A stretch of 64,000 nucleotides of DNA, from NCBI GenBank assembly GCA_050253415.1, contig JBFWJC010000002.1, positions 512,725 to 576,724 on the forward strand. Direction: 5' to 3'. Below, in pieces: positions 49,351 through 59,229 of this stretch. How positions within the stretch are numbered: position 1 is the first letter of the stretch; the number at the start of each line of letters is the position of its first letter. The translations under genes and the position numbers were made by a program. The notes under the pieces are model-generated. The model searched no databases. It saw nothing but the letters and a program-made list of their open reading frames with translations, and had not been told where the DNA came from. This DNA comes from Pedobacter sp. (GTDB lineage Bacteria > Desulfobacterota > Desulfuromonadia > Desulfuromonadales > Syntrophotaleaceae).

Positions 49351-50978
49351 GGCGTCCCCGCGTGTTTGAAGTCGTAAGGATCGTGGGAGACCTGGGGCAG
49401 TTCCTCAAAATTTTCGGTTGGCGGCGGCGATGCTATCGTCCATTCCAGGGTGGCTGCTTCCCAGGGATTGGCTCCGACGAGCTGCCCGCGTCGCAACGCG
49501 ATCAGCAAGTTCACCGCCATCAACGCCAGTCCCAGCGCCAGAACCCACGAGCCGTAAGTGGCAAGATGGTTGAGGGAGGTAAATTGCGGCAGATAGTCGT
49601 AATAGCGGCGCGGCATGCCTCGCAGCCCCACCAGCATCATGGAAAAATAGAGCAGGTTGAAACCGATGATCATGATACCCCAAGCCAGGGTGGCACGCCG
49701 GTTGTTGTACATGCGGCCGAAAATTTTCGGAAACCAGTAATGCAGGGCGCCAAAGAAGGCGAAGCCCGTACCGCCGAACATGACGTAATGAAAATGTGCC
49801 ACCACGAAATGGGTGTCATGAACGTGCACGTCGGTGGCGGCCGAACCCAGCACCAGGCCGGACAGGCCGCCGATGGAAAAAAGAACCACGAACGTCAGGA
49901 CGAAAAGCATCGGCGCTTCAAGGCGGATCGATCCGCCGTACAGGGTCGCCACCCAGTTGAACACCTTGACCGCCGAGGGGATGGCGACAATGAAGGTCAG
50001 CAACGAAAACACCAGGATGGCCATGTCGCTCATGCCGCTGACGAACATATGATGCCCCCACACCAGGGACCCGGCCGCCGCGATACCGATGCTCGATGCA
50101 GCAATGGCTTTGTAGCCGAAGATCGGTCTGCGTGCAAACACCGGGATGATCTCCGAGACCACGCCCATCGCCGGTAGCGCCATGATGTAGACGGCCGGAT
50201 GCGAATAAATCCAGAACAAGTGCTGGTACATGATGGGATCGCCGCCACGGGCGGCGTCGAACAAACCCAGTCCCAGTATGCGCTCTGCAAGGATCAGTAC
50301 CAGGGTGATGCCGAGGATCGGCGTGGCCAGTACCTGTACCCAGGCCGTGGCGTACAGGGACCAGATAAACAGCGTCAGGCGTGACCAGGTCATGCCGGGG
50401 GCCCGCATTCGATGCACAGTGGTAATGAAGTTAAGGCCGGTGAGGATAGAAGAGAAGCCGAGGATGAAGACCGCAAACACCGCCAGCGATACGTTGGTGG
50501 TGGTCTCGCCGGAAAAAGGCAGGTAAAAGGTCCAGCCGGTGTCAGGCGGACCTCCGCCACCGAATAGGGAGGACAGCGCCATCAGCGCGCCGATGAGGTA
50601 GAGCCACCACGAAAACAGGTTGAGGCGCGGAAAGGCGACATCCCGTGCCCCAATCTGCAGAGGCAGCATGATGTTGCCGAAGGCAGCCGGGATCCCCGGG
50701 ATGATGAACAAAAAGATCATCACCACTCCGTGCAGAGTGAACAGGGCATTGTAGGTTTCCGGGCCGATAATGGTGCGACCCGGAGCGAGCAACTCCAGGC
50801 GTATCAGCAGACCGAGGGCGACGCCAACGGCGAAAAAGGCGGAGATGCAGTACAGGTAGAGAAGGCCGATGCGTTTATGATCGGTGGAAAATATCCAGTC
50901 GAACAAGGCCGGTTGGTCGCCCGAAGGCTCGAGGAAGCCGCGTCTGAAATACTCTCCCATTCGAATGACCTTTCCCAT
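49347..50978 (-). CDS. coxA: Cytochrome c oxidase subunit I, A2 type
   Basis: STDHKRIG, YSHPAVY, WGHH, VAHFHY. Confidence 0.96.
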   Translation of the reverse strand: MGKVIRMGEYFRRGFLEPSGDQPALFDWIFSTDHKRIGLLYLYCISAFFAVGVALGLLIRLELLAPGRTIIGPETYNALFTLHGVVMIFLFIIPGIPAAFGNIMLPLQIGARDVAFPRLNLFSWWLYLIGALMALSSLFGGGGPPDTGWTFYLPFSGETTTNVSLAVFAVFILGFSSILTGLNFITTVHRMRAPGMTWSRLTLFIWSLYATAWVQVLATPILGITLVLILAERILGLGLFDAARGGDPIMYQHLFWIYSHPAVYIMALPAMGVVSEIIPVFARRPIFGYKAIAASSIGIAAAGSLVWGHHMFVSGMSDMAILVFSLLTFIVAIPSAVKVFNWVATLYGGSIRLEAPMLFVLTFVVLFSIGGLSGLVLGSAATDVHVHDTHFVVAHFHYVMFGGTGFAFFGALHYWFPKIFGRMYNNRRATLAWGIMIIGFNLLYFSMMLVGLRGMPRRYYDYLPQFTSLNHLATYGSWVLALGLALMAVNLLIALRRGQLVGANPWEAATLEWTIASPPPTENFEELPQVSHDPYDFKHAGTP

Positions 50979-50987
50979 GAAGATTCC

Positions 50988-51833
50988 TCAGGTTTTTGGT
51001 TTTTTACGGCTGGACAAAACCAGGTACAGCGCAAACCCGCTTGCTGTGAGCAGTACGGCCACCGCACTGACACGCAACAGGTTGAAGACATAGCGGCGGC
51101 CAGCGGGATCGTAACTGAAACAGAACTGTACCACTTTACGTATGGTTCCGCCAAGCCGTCCTTCAGCCGCCTCGGTGAATGCCAGGGTGACGTCGAGAGG
51201 CAACATGCGGGTGCCGTGCAGATAGCGTACGATGCGACCGTCCGGAGTCACCACGAAGACCGCCACCGGATGCAGGAAGTCATTATCCCGCCGGGCGAAA
51301 CGATAGCCGGCGGTATCCAGCAGGCGGCGGATATTGACTTCATCTCCGGTGAGAAAACGCCAGCCGTCGTCCGGAAAAGGGGCGTTCATGGCGGTGCGAT
51401 AAGTCTGACGGGCTTTTGCTGCTTCGGCGGGGCCGTCGCGGTCGTCAAAGCTGATGGACAATACCCTGTAATCTTTTCCGGGTGTCAGGCGAATTTGGGG
51501 AAGAACCCGGGCCAGGTCGCCCTGTAGAAAACTGCAGACATTGGGGCAGCTGAAATAGACCGGTGCAATCAGGGTCGGTACAGTGATCAACTCTGAAAGT
51601 TTCACCTGTCGGCCCTGTTCGTCCCGGAAGGTTGTATCCAGGGGGATCACGTTTCCGAGGTGCTCGTCGAGGCCGACCTCCGGAGTCGTCATCATCGGCA
51701 TACGGTGCTCGTGCTGCATGTGATCGGTTGTTGAGAAAGCCGGAGTGTTTGCAAAGATCAAGCAAAGCGCTGGTAGCAGGCTGCTCAAAAGTATATAGGG
51801 GAAGTGAGTGTTCCGTGCGCGGGATGTCTTCAT
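50988..51833 (-). CDS. SCO family copper chaperone
   Basis: YFSCPNVC, WRFLTG, conserved His; His/Met-rich N-terminus. Confidence 0.9.
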   Translation of the reverse strand: MKTSRARNTHFPYILLSSLLPALCLIFANTPAFSTTDHMQHEHRMPMMTTPEVGLDEHLGNVIPLDTTFRDEQGRQVKLSELITVPTLIAPVYFSCPNVCSFLQGDLARVLPQIRLTPGKDYRVLSISFDDRDGPAEAAKARQTYRTAMNAPFPDDGWRFLTGDEVNIRRLLDTAGYRFARRDNDFLHPVAVFVVTPDGRIVRYLHGTRMLPLDVTLAFTEAAEGRLGGTIRKVVQFCFSYDPAGRRYVFNLLRVSAVAVLLTASGFALYLVLSSRKKPKT

Positions 51834-52005
51834 GAAATATCTTCCTGTCGGCAAGTTGCCGCTGGATCGGTGGACATGAAAGGGAACCGCTAAGGTTGAT
51901 ATGGGATCATTAATTTCATCAACATTATACGGAACTCGCACATGAATGCAATGCCCTGATATCAGGCGTATTGCGTCGTTGTTGGGGTTCTGCTAGCATA
52001 CTCGC

Positions 52006-52221
52006 ATGAATGAGACCGAATCACACCGCCTTGCGGAATTGGAAGAGCGCGTTATGGAGCTGGAAATACGCTTCACGCATCAGGCCCGGCAGCTCGAAGA
52101 ATTGAACGAGGTGCTTACGGAAAGTGCCGATTTTATCGCTGTCCTGCGCCAGGAGAACAGCGCCTTTCGGCAGATATTGAAAGGCCTTTCCCCCGAAATG
52201 TTGGAGTCGCCCGATGAGTAA
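52006..52221 (+). CDS. slyX: SlyX family protein
   Basis: RVMELEIRFTHQ..LEELNEVL coiled coil. Confidence 0.8.
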   Translation: MNETESHRLAELEERVMELEIRFTHQARQLEELNEVLTESADFIAVLRQENSAFRQILKGLSPEMLESPDE

Positions 52222-52726
52222 TCGGCTGGTCAGTCGGAAGCTTTTTAGGCTGTTGCGCGATGCTGTCCTGATCGTCCTGCTGGCTACGGTGGCAGGAGCC
52301 GCCATCAATGGCCGGCTTTTGTGGCAGGTCTGGACGGGTGAGATGCCCGGAACGGTTGTTGCTTCCGATCCGCTTCCGGACGGTGAATTGTTGCCCATGC
52401 CCATCTCTCTGACGGAACTCCGGAGTTTATCTGCCAACGAGGTTCTTTTGCTCGATGCCCGCAGTCGCGATCTGTATCTGCAGGAGCATTTGCCCTCGGC
52501 GCGTAACCTGCCTTGGGGCGAGATTGAAAAACTGCTGGAGTCTTTCCGCGCCGAGGTGCCTGTCGATCAATCCCTTGTCGCGTATTGCAGCGGCTACGGC
52601 TGCGAGGATTCCTTCCACCTGGCTCAGCGCCTGATGGCGGAGGGCTATGAGGACGTCCGGGTGTTTGAGGGTGGTTTGCCGGAGTGGCAGGATGCCGGTT
52701 TGCCGGTGGAAGAGGGGCAGCCATGA
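52214..52726 (+). CDS. Membrane-anchored rhodanese-like protein
   Basis: LDARS..HLPSA..YCSGYGC..FEGGLPEW. Confidence 0.9.
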   Translation: MSNRLVSRKLFRLLRDAVLIVLLATVAGAAINGRLLWQVWTGEMPGTVVASDPLPDGELLPMPISLTELRSLSANEVLLLDARSRDLYLQEHLPSARNLPWGEIEKLLESFRAEVPVDQSLVAYCSGYGCEDSFHLAQRLMAEGYEDVRVFEGGLPEWQDAGLPVEEGQP

Positions 52727-53145
52727 CGAATCTGAAGCCGATTCTGTATCATCTTTGTCGCTTGCTGCTCGGTGGCCTGTTTGTCTATGCCGGAGTGGTC
52801 AAGGCCCTTAATCCCGCCGGTTTTGCCGGTGAGATCGCCAACTACCAGATCCTGCCGTACCGGCTTAATTTTCTGGTGGCGTCTACCTTGCCTTTTGTCG
52901 AATTGCTGGCCGGATTGCTGCTGGTCATCAACCGCAAAGTGCGCCCTGCCACGGTGGTTATCGGCGGATTGAATCTGGTGTTCATGGTAGCTCTGTCTTC
53001 CTTGCTGATACGTGGGCTTGATATCGACTGCGGTTGTTTCCGTCCCGGTGCGCATACCTCGGCTCAGGCGGCTTTATGGCGCGATGCCGGGCTGATGGTA
53101 CTGGTTGTCGTCACCTTTATCGGCAGCGGACGGCGCAGTGTCTGA
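52723..53145 (+). CDS. MauE/DoxX family redox-associated membrane protein
   Basis: RLLLGGLFVYAG..K; GLDIDCGCF. Confidence 0.9.
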   Translation: MTNLKPILYHLCRLLLGGLFVYAGVVKALNPAGFAGEIANYQILPYRLNFLVASTLPFVELLAGLLLVINRKVRPATVVIGGLNLVFMVALSSLLIRGLDIDCGCFRPGAHTSAQAALWRDAGLMVLVVVTFIGSGRRSV

Positions 53146-53148
53146 GAC

Positions 53149-54714
53149 ATGTCCATACTATTGATCCATCCTCCGGCGGCGAAGGCTGGCGAGCCGCCCC
53201 TTGGCCTGGCCGTATTACAGGCCTGCCTTAAAGCTCGCGGTGCCAAAGTTAGGGTTTTCGACGCCAATCTGGATGGTTATCGTTATCTGTTGGATTCCGA
53301 GATTCTGGCTGCCAAGGCCGGACCTACCCTCACCACACGCTTGCGGCGCGCCCTGCGCCATGCCGAGTCTTCCCTGTCCTTACTCTGCAGTGCTGCCGGT
53401 GCCGCCGATCCGGCCCGCTATGCCACGGCGGTACGCTATCTGAATGATGCCCTGAGTTTGCATGGCGGCGCTTCTGGCGGTGAGCGACTCACTCTCGGGG
53501 ATTATCATCACGGCGAACTGTCGGAATTTTCCGAACGCGACCTGGGGCTACTGGCTGCCGGCGAAGCGCAAACCCTGTTTCACGATTATTTTCATGGTGA
53601 ACTGTTGCCGACCATGGAGCAGCAGCAACCGCGCTTATTGGCACTGTCTATCAATTACCGCCATCAGGTGTTGCCCGCCTTTGAATTGGCCGGATTGTTG
53701 CGGCGTCGTTTCCCCGGGGTGCCGATGGTGGCCGGTGGCGGTATGATCAGTTGTTGGCAATCGGCGTTGCAGGAAACCGGCATGCGTTTGCCGGCTTTCG
53801 ACCATCTGGTGGCGGGACCCGGTGAGCAGCCGCTGTATGATCTGCTTGAAAAACCTTCAGGGTTGGATTACCTGCTGGAAGATGCCTCGACCCTGGGCTT
53901 GGAGCCCGATTTCAGCGGACTCGATCCCACGGCTTACTTTTCCCCCCATCCGGTGCTGCCGGTGACCGCCTCGCGCGGCTGTTACTGGGCGCGCTGCCTG
54001 TTTTGCCCTGAGGCTGCCAACCCGACCCACCCGTACAAGGCTTTTCCGGGGCAGGAGTTGCCAAGGTTGCTGCGTAGCCTTGCCGATCGATGGAAGGTGC
54101 GTCATTTTCACCTGACTGACAATGCCATCCCTCCCTCCGCCCTGCAGGCCCTGGCGGCGCAGGCCGATCAACTTGGCGATCTGTCGTGGTACGGTTTCGT
54201 GCGCTTCGAACCGGCACTGCTGGAAGGCGATCTCATCGAACGCCTGGCCCATTGTGGTTGCCGTCTTTTGCAGCTCGGTCTTGAGAGCGGCAGCCAGGCT
54301 GTTCTCGATCGGCTCGCCAAGGGCACTCAGCTGTCCGTGGCCGCAACGGTGTTGCAACGATTGAAGCAAGCCGGAATCGCCACCTACGTCTATGTGTTGC
54401 TCGGAACCCCCGGCGAAAGTCCCGAGGAAGCCGGCCAGACCAGGACTTTCCTCGAAGCGCATGCCGGGCATATCGATTATCTCAACCTGGCCATCATGAA
54501 CATGCCGCGGCATTCGGCCTTGGCTGCGGAGGCGGATGCGGGTGCAGCCCAGCCCCTCGACCTCTATCTGCCCATGGATGAGGATGCTGTCGAACGTCGT
54601 ACTGCCAGGCGTTTTTTGCAGGGGGAGTTGCTCGCTTCTCCGGCGATCAAGGCCATCGTCAATCGCACCCCGCCGCTGTTTACCTCCAATCACGCTTTTT
54701 TCTTCCAGCCATAA
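53149..54714 (+). CDS. B12-binding-type radical SAM protein
   Basis: SRGCYWARCLFC, GLESGSQAVL..KG, GTPGE. Confidence 0.88.
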   Translation: MSILLIHPPAAKAGEPPLGLAVLQACLKARGAKVRVFDANLDGYRYLLDSEILAAKAGPTLTTRLRRALRHAESSLSLLCSAAGAADPARYATAVRYLNDALSLHGGASGGERLTLGDYHHGELSEFSERDLGLLAAGEAQTLFHDYFHGELLPTMEQQQPRLLALSINYRHQVLPAFELAGLLRRRFPGVPMVAGGGMISCWQSALQETGMRLPAFDHLVAGPGEQPLYDLLEKPSGLDYLLEDASTLGLEPDFSGLDPTAYFSPHPVLPVTASRGCYWARCLFCPEAANPTHPYKAFPGQELPRLLRSLADRWKVRHFHLTDNAIPPSALQALAAQADQLGDLSWYGFVRFEPALLEGDLIERLAHCGCRLLQLGLESGSQAVLDRLAKGTQLSVAATVLQRLKQAGIATYVYVLLGTPGESPEEAGQTRTFLEAHAGHIDYLNLAIMNMPRHSALAAEADAGAAQPLDLYLPMDEDAVERRTARRFLQGELLASPAIKAIVNRTPPLFTSNHAFFFQP

Positions 54715-54754
54715 GCTTTAAGTTGAAACCAGCCATAAAGCTATAAGCTGTAAG
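54712..54754. repeat. Degenerate heptamer tract (TAAGCTG, reverse complement of the 22.7-kb unit)
   Basis: taagctt taagttg .. aaagcta taagctg taag. Confidence 0.5.
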
Positions 54755-54838
54755 GAAAGGTAAAAAACTTTTTGTTTGAAGCTTGGACTTGAGGTGCGCT
54801 CTATGGTACACCTGCGCCGATGGAGGAGCTTACCGTTT

Positions 54839-55882
54839 ATGAGTACCTGGCAACAACAACTGGCTGACAGCCTGACCGTTCCCGCCGCCCTGGCGGCGCG
54901 CTTCGATATCGACACGACGCCATTGGAAGAGGTGGCACGGCGCTATCCTATGCGCATTTCGCCCTATTATTTCGGTCTTGTTGAGCAACCGGGGGATGCC
55001 ATCTGGAGACAGTGCGTGCCCGATGTGCGGGAGTTGCTGCCATGCGAGGACGCTGCCGACCCCCTCGACGAGGAGCGTTTGTCGCCGGTTCCGCTGGTGG
55101 TGCACCGTTACCCCGATAGGGTTTTGTTGTTGGCCAGCGGTGCATGCGCGGTCTATTGCCGTTTCTGTACCCGTAAGCGCAAGGTCGGATGCGCTGCCAT
55201 GGGCGTTACGCAAGAGCGGCTTGATGCGGCCATCGATTATATTGCGCGGACCACGCAGATCCGCGATGTGATCCTGTCCGGAGGCGATCCGCTGCTGTTG
55301 GAGGATGATCGTCTCGAACATCTTCTCAAGCGGCTACGGGCGATCCCCCATGTGGAGATCATTCGTCTCGGCAGTCGGGTCCCCGTGACCCTTCCGACAC
55401 GCATTACCGAAGACCTGTGTGCCATGCTGCGCCGTTATCATCCCCTGTATCTCAACACCCATTTCAACCATCCGCGCGAGCTTACTCCCCAGGCAGCTGA
55501 AGCCTGTCGCCGGTTGGCCGATGCCGGCTTACCCCTTGGCAATCAGACGGTATTGCTGCGCGGCGTCAACGATAGCCCCGCCGTCATGCAGCAGTTGGTT
55601 AAAGGTTTGCTGAAAATCCGGGTGCGCCCCTATTACCTGCATCACATGGACCTGGCGGCCGGCACGGCGCATTTCCGCACCCGCATCGAAACCGGACTGG
55701 ATATCGTGGCCGCCCTGCGCGGGCCGATTTCCGGGCTGGCCGTGCCCCATTACGTCATCGATGCCCCCGGTGGCAAAGGCAAGATTCCCCTGCTGCCGGA
55801 GCATCTGCTGCAGCTTGGAGAAAAGGCGCTGCTGCGTACGCCGACAGGTGAGACGATCCTGTTTCCCAATGGCGAGATGTGA
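54839..55882 (+). CDS. KamA family radical SAM aminomutase (lysine 2,3-aminomutase/EpmB-like)
   Basis: HRYPDRVL, CAVYCRFCTRKR, SGGDPL, THFNHPRE, NQTVLLRGVND, PGGKGK. Confidence 0.93.
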   Translation: MSTWQQQLADSLTVPAALAARFDIDTTPLEEVARRYPMRISPYYFGLVEQPGDAIWRQCVPDVRELLPCEDAADPLDEERLSPVPLVVHRYPDRVLLLASGACAVYCRFCTRKRKVGCAAMGVTQERLDAAIDYIARTTQIRDVILSGGDPLLLEDDRLEHLLKRLRAIPHVEIIRLGSRVPVTLPTRITEDLCAMLRRYHPLYLNTHFNHPRELTPQAAEACRRLADAGLPLGNQTVLLRGVNDSPAVMQQLVKGLLKIRVRPYYLHHMDLAAGTAHFRTRIETGLDIVAALRGPISGLAVPHYVIDAPGGKGKIPLLPEHLLQLGEKALLRTPTGETILFPNGEM

Positions 55883-55905
55883 ATGGTCTTTGCCAGTTAT
55901 TGATT

Positions 55906-56035
55906 TTATCTCACCACGAAGGACACGAAGATCACGAAGAAGGACTTAAAAGACAAACCAGGATCTTTTGTTTAAACCTTAAAAATCTTGGTTTTAGCTT
56001 TTCCTTCGTGTCCTTCGTGCTCTTCTTGGTGATAA
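55906..56035. repeat. Long palindromic element built of 9-mer CACGAAGNN units
   Basis: tcaccacgaaggacacgaagatcacgaag ... cttcgtgtccttcgtgctcttcttggtga, with inner stem aaaccaggat/atcttggttt. Confidence 0.85.
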
Positions 56036-56091
56036 GTATTGCCAAACAGACCTTGCACGCGTGGCTTAACGGCGCACTTTGGCGTTTAGCT

Positions 56092-56991
56092 CTAAAAATC
56101 AACCTTCACGCCGGAGCGTTCCTCGGCCAGTTGCCAGAAAGCCCGTACCACCGGTCGCTGCAGATTGCGGCGGGTGGAGCACAGTCCCACCACATAAGGA
56201 GCCAGTTGCGGCGCTGCTTCCAGAATGCGCACTTCATCGCGAAACGGACTGCGGGCCAGTACCAGCTCCGGGACGATGCCGATGCCGCAGCCGAGGCGCA
56301 CCATGGCAATGATCGCCTCGTTGCCGGAGACCTCCGAGGAGATATTGGGGGTGATGCGCCGCGACTTGAGCCATTGATCGAGACGCCGCCGTGACAGCCC
56401 TTTTTGCGGCAGCACCAGGGGAGTACGACGCAGGTCGATTTCGCCGTCGCGCACCGGCAGAGGGGGCGCATCGCCCTGCCTGGGGGCGATGAACAACAGC
56501 GGGGTGTTGATGATGGGGAGGAATTCGAGCTGTGATTGTTGCCGGTCGGGCAGGGCGGCGACAGCGAGATCGATTTCACCGCTTTGCACCTGGGCCACCG
56601 CCCGCTCGGCGGCGCCGGTGCTTAATTCGAGCTGTACCTCGCGATAGGCGCTGCGATAGGCCTCCAGCAGGCGAGGCAGCAGGCTGTAGACCGCCGTGAT
56701 GGAGGCGTAGATGGACAGGGTCCCGCTGATGGCCTCCTTGCCTTTCACAGCGCCGCGAAAAGCCTGCCACTCCTGCAGCGCCTGGCGCGCATAGCTGCGG
56801 AACTGCTCGCCGGCGGCAGACAAGGTGACGCGGCGGTTATCCCGCACAAACAGAGGCTGTTCCACTTCGTCTTCGAGCCGCTGAATGGTACGGGTCAAAG
56901 CTGAAGGGCTGAGATTGCATGCCTGGCTGGCCCGGCCGAAGTGCAGCAGTTCGGCCACGGTCAAAAAGATCTCAAGTTCGCGTATATCCAT
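56092..56991 (-). CDS. ilvY: LysR-type activator IlvY
   Basis: LHFGRAS..SPSALTRTIQRLE, VSGNEAIIAMVRLGCG; divergent from ilvC. Confidence 0.93.
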   Translation of the reverse strand: MDIRELEIFLTVAELLHFGRASQACNLSPSALTRTIQRLEDEVEQPLFVRDNRRVTLSAAGEQFRSYARQALQEWQAFRGAVKGKEAISGTLSIYASITAVYSLLPRLLEAYRSAYREVQLELSTGAAERAVAQVQSGEIDLAVAALPDRQQSQLEFLPIINTPLLFIAPRQGDAPPLPVRDGEIDLRRTPLVLPQKGLSRRRLDQWLKSRRITPNISSEVSGNEAIIAMVRLGCGIGIVPELVLARSPFRDEVRILEAAPQLAPYVVGLCSTRRNLQRPVVRAFWQLAEERSGVKVDF

Positions 56992-57000
56992 TTCTCCTCC

Positions 57001-57052
57001 ATGTTGCGTAATATGCAATACAGTATTCTAAACAAATCAATTTACGCAATAG
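57001..57052. promoter_or_regulatory. IlvY operators O1 and O2
   Basis: ATGTTGCGTAATATGCAATAC (57001-57021), 10-bp spacer, ACAAATCAATTTACGCAATAG (57032-57052). Confidence 0.8.
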
Positions 57053-57115
57053 GCAAAATCGGGTATGGTCGTTTATTCTCTGACTTTTTTAACAACCCAC
57101 ATAAAGGAGACACCG

Positions 57116-58588
57116 ATGGGACAGAACTATTTCAACTCGCTGCCGCTTCGCCGCCAGCTGCAGGAACTCGGTACTTGCCGTTTTATGGACGCCTCTGAAT
57201 TCGCCAACGGTTGCGAATATGCCAAGGGTAAAAAAATCGTCATCGTCGGTTGCGGCGCCCAGGGTCTCAACCAGGGCCTCAACATGCGCGACAGCGGCCT
57301 CGACGTTTCCTATACGCTGCGCAAGGGCGCCATCGAGCAAAAGCGTCAGTCCTACCTGAATGCCACCGAAAACGGCTTCGCCGTCGGCACCTACGAAGAA
57401 ATGCTGCCGACCGCCGATATCGTCATGAACCTTGCTCCCGACAAGCAGCACACCGACGTGGTCAACACCGTCGTGCCGCTGATGAAGCAGGGCGCGGTCT
57501 TTTCCTACGCTCACGGCTTCAACATCGTCGAAGAAGGCACCCAGATCCGCAAGGACCTGACCGTTATCATGGTTGCCCCCAAATGCCCCGGATCCGAAGT
57601 ACGCGAAGAGTACAAGCGCGGTTTCGGCGTGCCGACCCTGATCGCCGTGCATGGTGAAAACGATCCCAACGGCGACGGTCTGGAAATCGCCAAGGCGCTT
57701 TGTTCCGCTCAGGGCGGCGACCGCGCCGGGGTACTCGAATCGTCTTTTGTCGCCGAGGTCAAATCCGACCTGATGGGCGAGCAGACCATTCTCTGCGGCA
57801 TGCTGCAGGCCGGTGCTCTGCTGTGCTTCGATAAAATGACCCAGAACGGCATCGACGCACCCTATGCCGTCAAGCTCATCCAGTTCGGCTGGGAGACCAT
57901 TACCGAAGCCCTCAAGCACGGCGGCATCACCAACATGATGGATCGTCTCTCCAATCCCGCCAAACTGGTGGCTTTCGGGGTAGCGGAAGAACTCAAGGAC
58001 ATCATGCGTCCCCTGTTCGAAAAGCACATGGACGATATCCTGTCCGGCGAGTTTTCCCGCACCATGATGGAAGACTGGGCCAATGATGACATCAAGCTGC
58101 TGACCTGGCGCGAAGAAACCGGCAAGACCGCTTTCGAGCAGACCGAAGGAGCCGGTGAGATCACCGAGCAGGAATACTTCGACAAGGCGATCCTGATGGT
58201 CGCCATGGTCAAGGCCGGGGTTGAACTGGCCTTTGAAACCATGGTCTCCTCCGGCATCGAGCCTGAGTCGGCATATTATGAGTCGCTGCACGAGACGCCG
58301 CTCATCGCCAATACCATCGCGCGCAAGAAGCTGTACGAAATGAACCGCGTCATTTCGGATACCGCCGAGTACGGCTGCTACCTGTTCTCCCACGCGTGTG
58401 TGCCTTTGCTCAAGGACTTCATGGCCAAAGTCGGTACCGATCTCATCGGCAAAGGTCTGACCGTCAAGGACAACAGCGTCGACAACCATACCCTGGTTGC
58501 TGTCAACGCCGAGATTCGCAACCACCTCATCGAAGAAGTGGGCCAGGAACTGCGTGCCGCCATGCAGGGCATGAAAGCCATCGTCTAA
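57116..58588 (+). CDS. ilvC: Ketol-acid reductoisomerase, long (class II) form
   Basis: [35 protein letters not shown]; 490 aa; AAGGAG RBS. Confidence 0.97.
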   Translation: MGQNYFNSLPLRRQLQELGTCRFMDASEFANGCEYAKGKKIVIVGCGAQGLNQGLNMRDSGLDVSYTLRKGAIEQKRQSYLNATENGFAVGTYEEMLPTADIVMNLAPDKQHTDVVNTVVPLMKQGAVFSYAHGFNIVEEGTQIRKDLTVIMVAPKCPGSEVREEYKRGFGVPTLIAVHGENDPNGDGLEIAKALCSAQGGDRAGVLESSFVAEVKSDLMGEQTILCGMLQAGALLCFDKMTQNGIDAPYAVKLIQFGWETITEALKHGGITNMMDRLSNPAKLVAFGVAEELKDIMRPLFEKHMDDILSGEFSRTMMEDWANDDIKLLTWREETGKTAFEQTEGAGEITEQEYFDKAILMVAMVKAGVELAFETMVSSGIEPESAYYESLHETPLIANTIARKKLYEMNRVISDTAEYGCYLFSHACVPLLKDFMAKVGTDLIGKGLTVKDNSVDNHTLVAVNAEIRNHLIEEVGQELRAAMQGMKAIV

Positions 58589-58613
58589 ACGATCGCGACA
58601 TAGAATAAACGAT

Positions 58614-58651
58614 AAAAGGGGCAAGCTGCTGATGCAGCTTGCCCCTTTTTT
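58614..58651. terminator. Rho-independent terminator
   Basis: aaaaggggcaagctgc-tgat-gcagcttgcccctttttt. Confidence 0.9.
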
Positions 58652-58708
58652 CATGGGTAGACGGAAATGGTCATCTGGAAACACGATAACTTTGGAGCCA
58701 GCCCTGCG

Positions 58709-58891
58709 TTAGCCCGGTGAATAGCCCAGCGCTACGAGTGTCTTCAAGAGAATTCCCTTGCGTTGTTTCAGGACATCGCGATAATCCTGGCTATCCGTAT
58801 CGGCGATTTCCATCCTCAAGTCGGATAGACAGCTCTCCAGAATGCTGATCAGGGTGTCTTTTTCTTCAGGGTTGAGATCGAGTTGAAACAT
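58709..58891 (-). CDS. 60-aa hypothetical helical protein
   Basis: AGGAGG RBS; MFQLDLNPEEK..LSDLRMEIADTD..YRDVLKQRK. Confidence 0.75.
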   Translation of the reverse strand: MFQLDLNPEEKDTLISILESCLSDLRMEIADTDSQDYRDVLKQRKGILLKTLVALGYSPG

Positions 58892-59229
58892 GCGGTACCT
58901 CCTGTTCCGGTAGGTTGTGACCGACGCCAAAACTTTCATTCACCTGGTTTTTAAGTTTTCCCTGTATTGATATCTTAGAGCATTTTTGAACAGAAGCAAT
59001 GCCGGTGTTCTCTGCCATCCTGTTGGCCATCTGCCGAGCCTTCCGGGTTTATCTTTGCACTTCTCTGGTTGATGCATGAGGAAGTCAACCAGGTTTGAAT
59101 CCCTTTCCGGGTGTTTCCCGATGAGCAAATTCAAGCTCGGTAAGGGTCCGTCCAGTGACATTATCCATGCCGACCTGTGCCAGGTGTCTCTCTTCTTAAG
59201 CGACTGTGCTCCGGGCCATGCTCCGTAGT

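Noticed and set aside
55879..56394. 171-aa ORF with HEGHEDHE repeats
   Set aside because: Translation of the 9-mer palindrome; overlaps ilvY antisense
57089..58684. 531-aa antisense ORF over ilvC
   Set aside because: Shadow ORF from biased codon usage; no recognisable motifs
59060..59125. c-di-GMP-I riboswitch-like double hairpin on the minus strand
   Set aside because: Lacks the GGCAAA / GACGCAAA core
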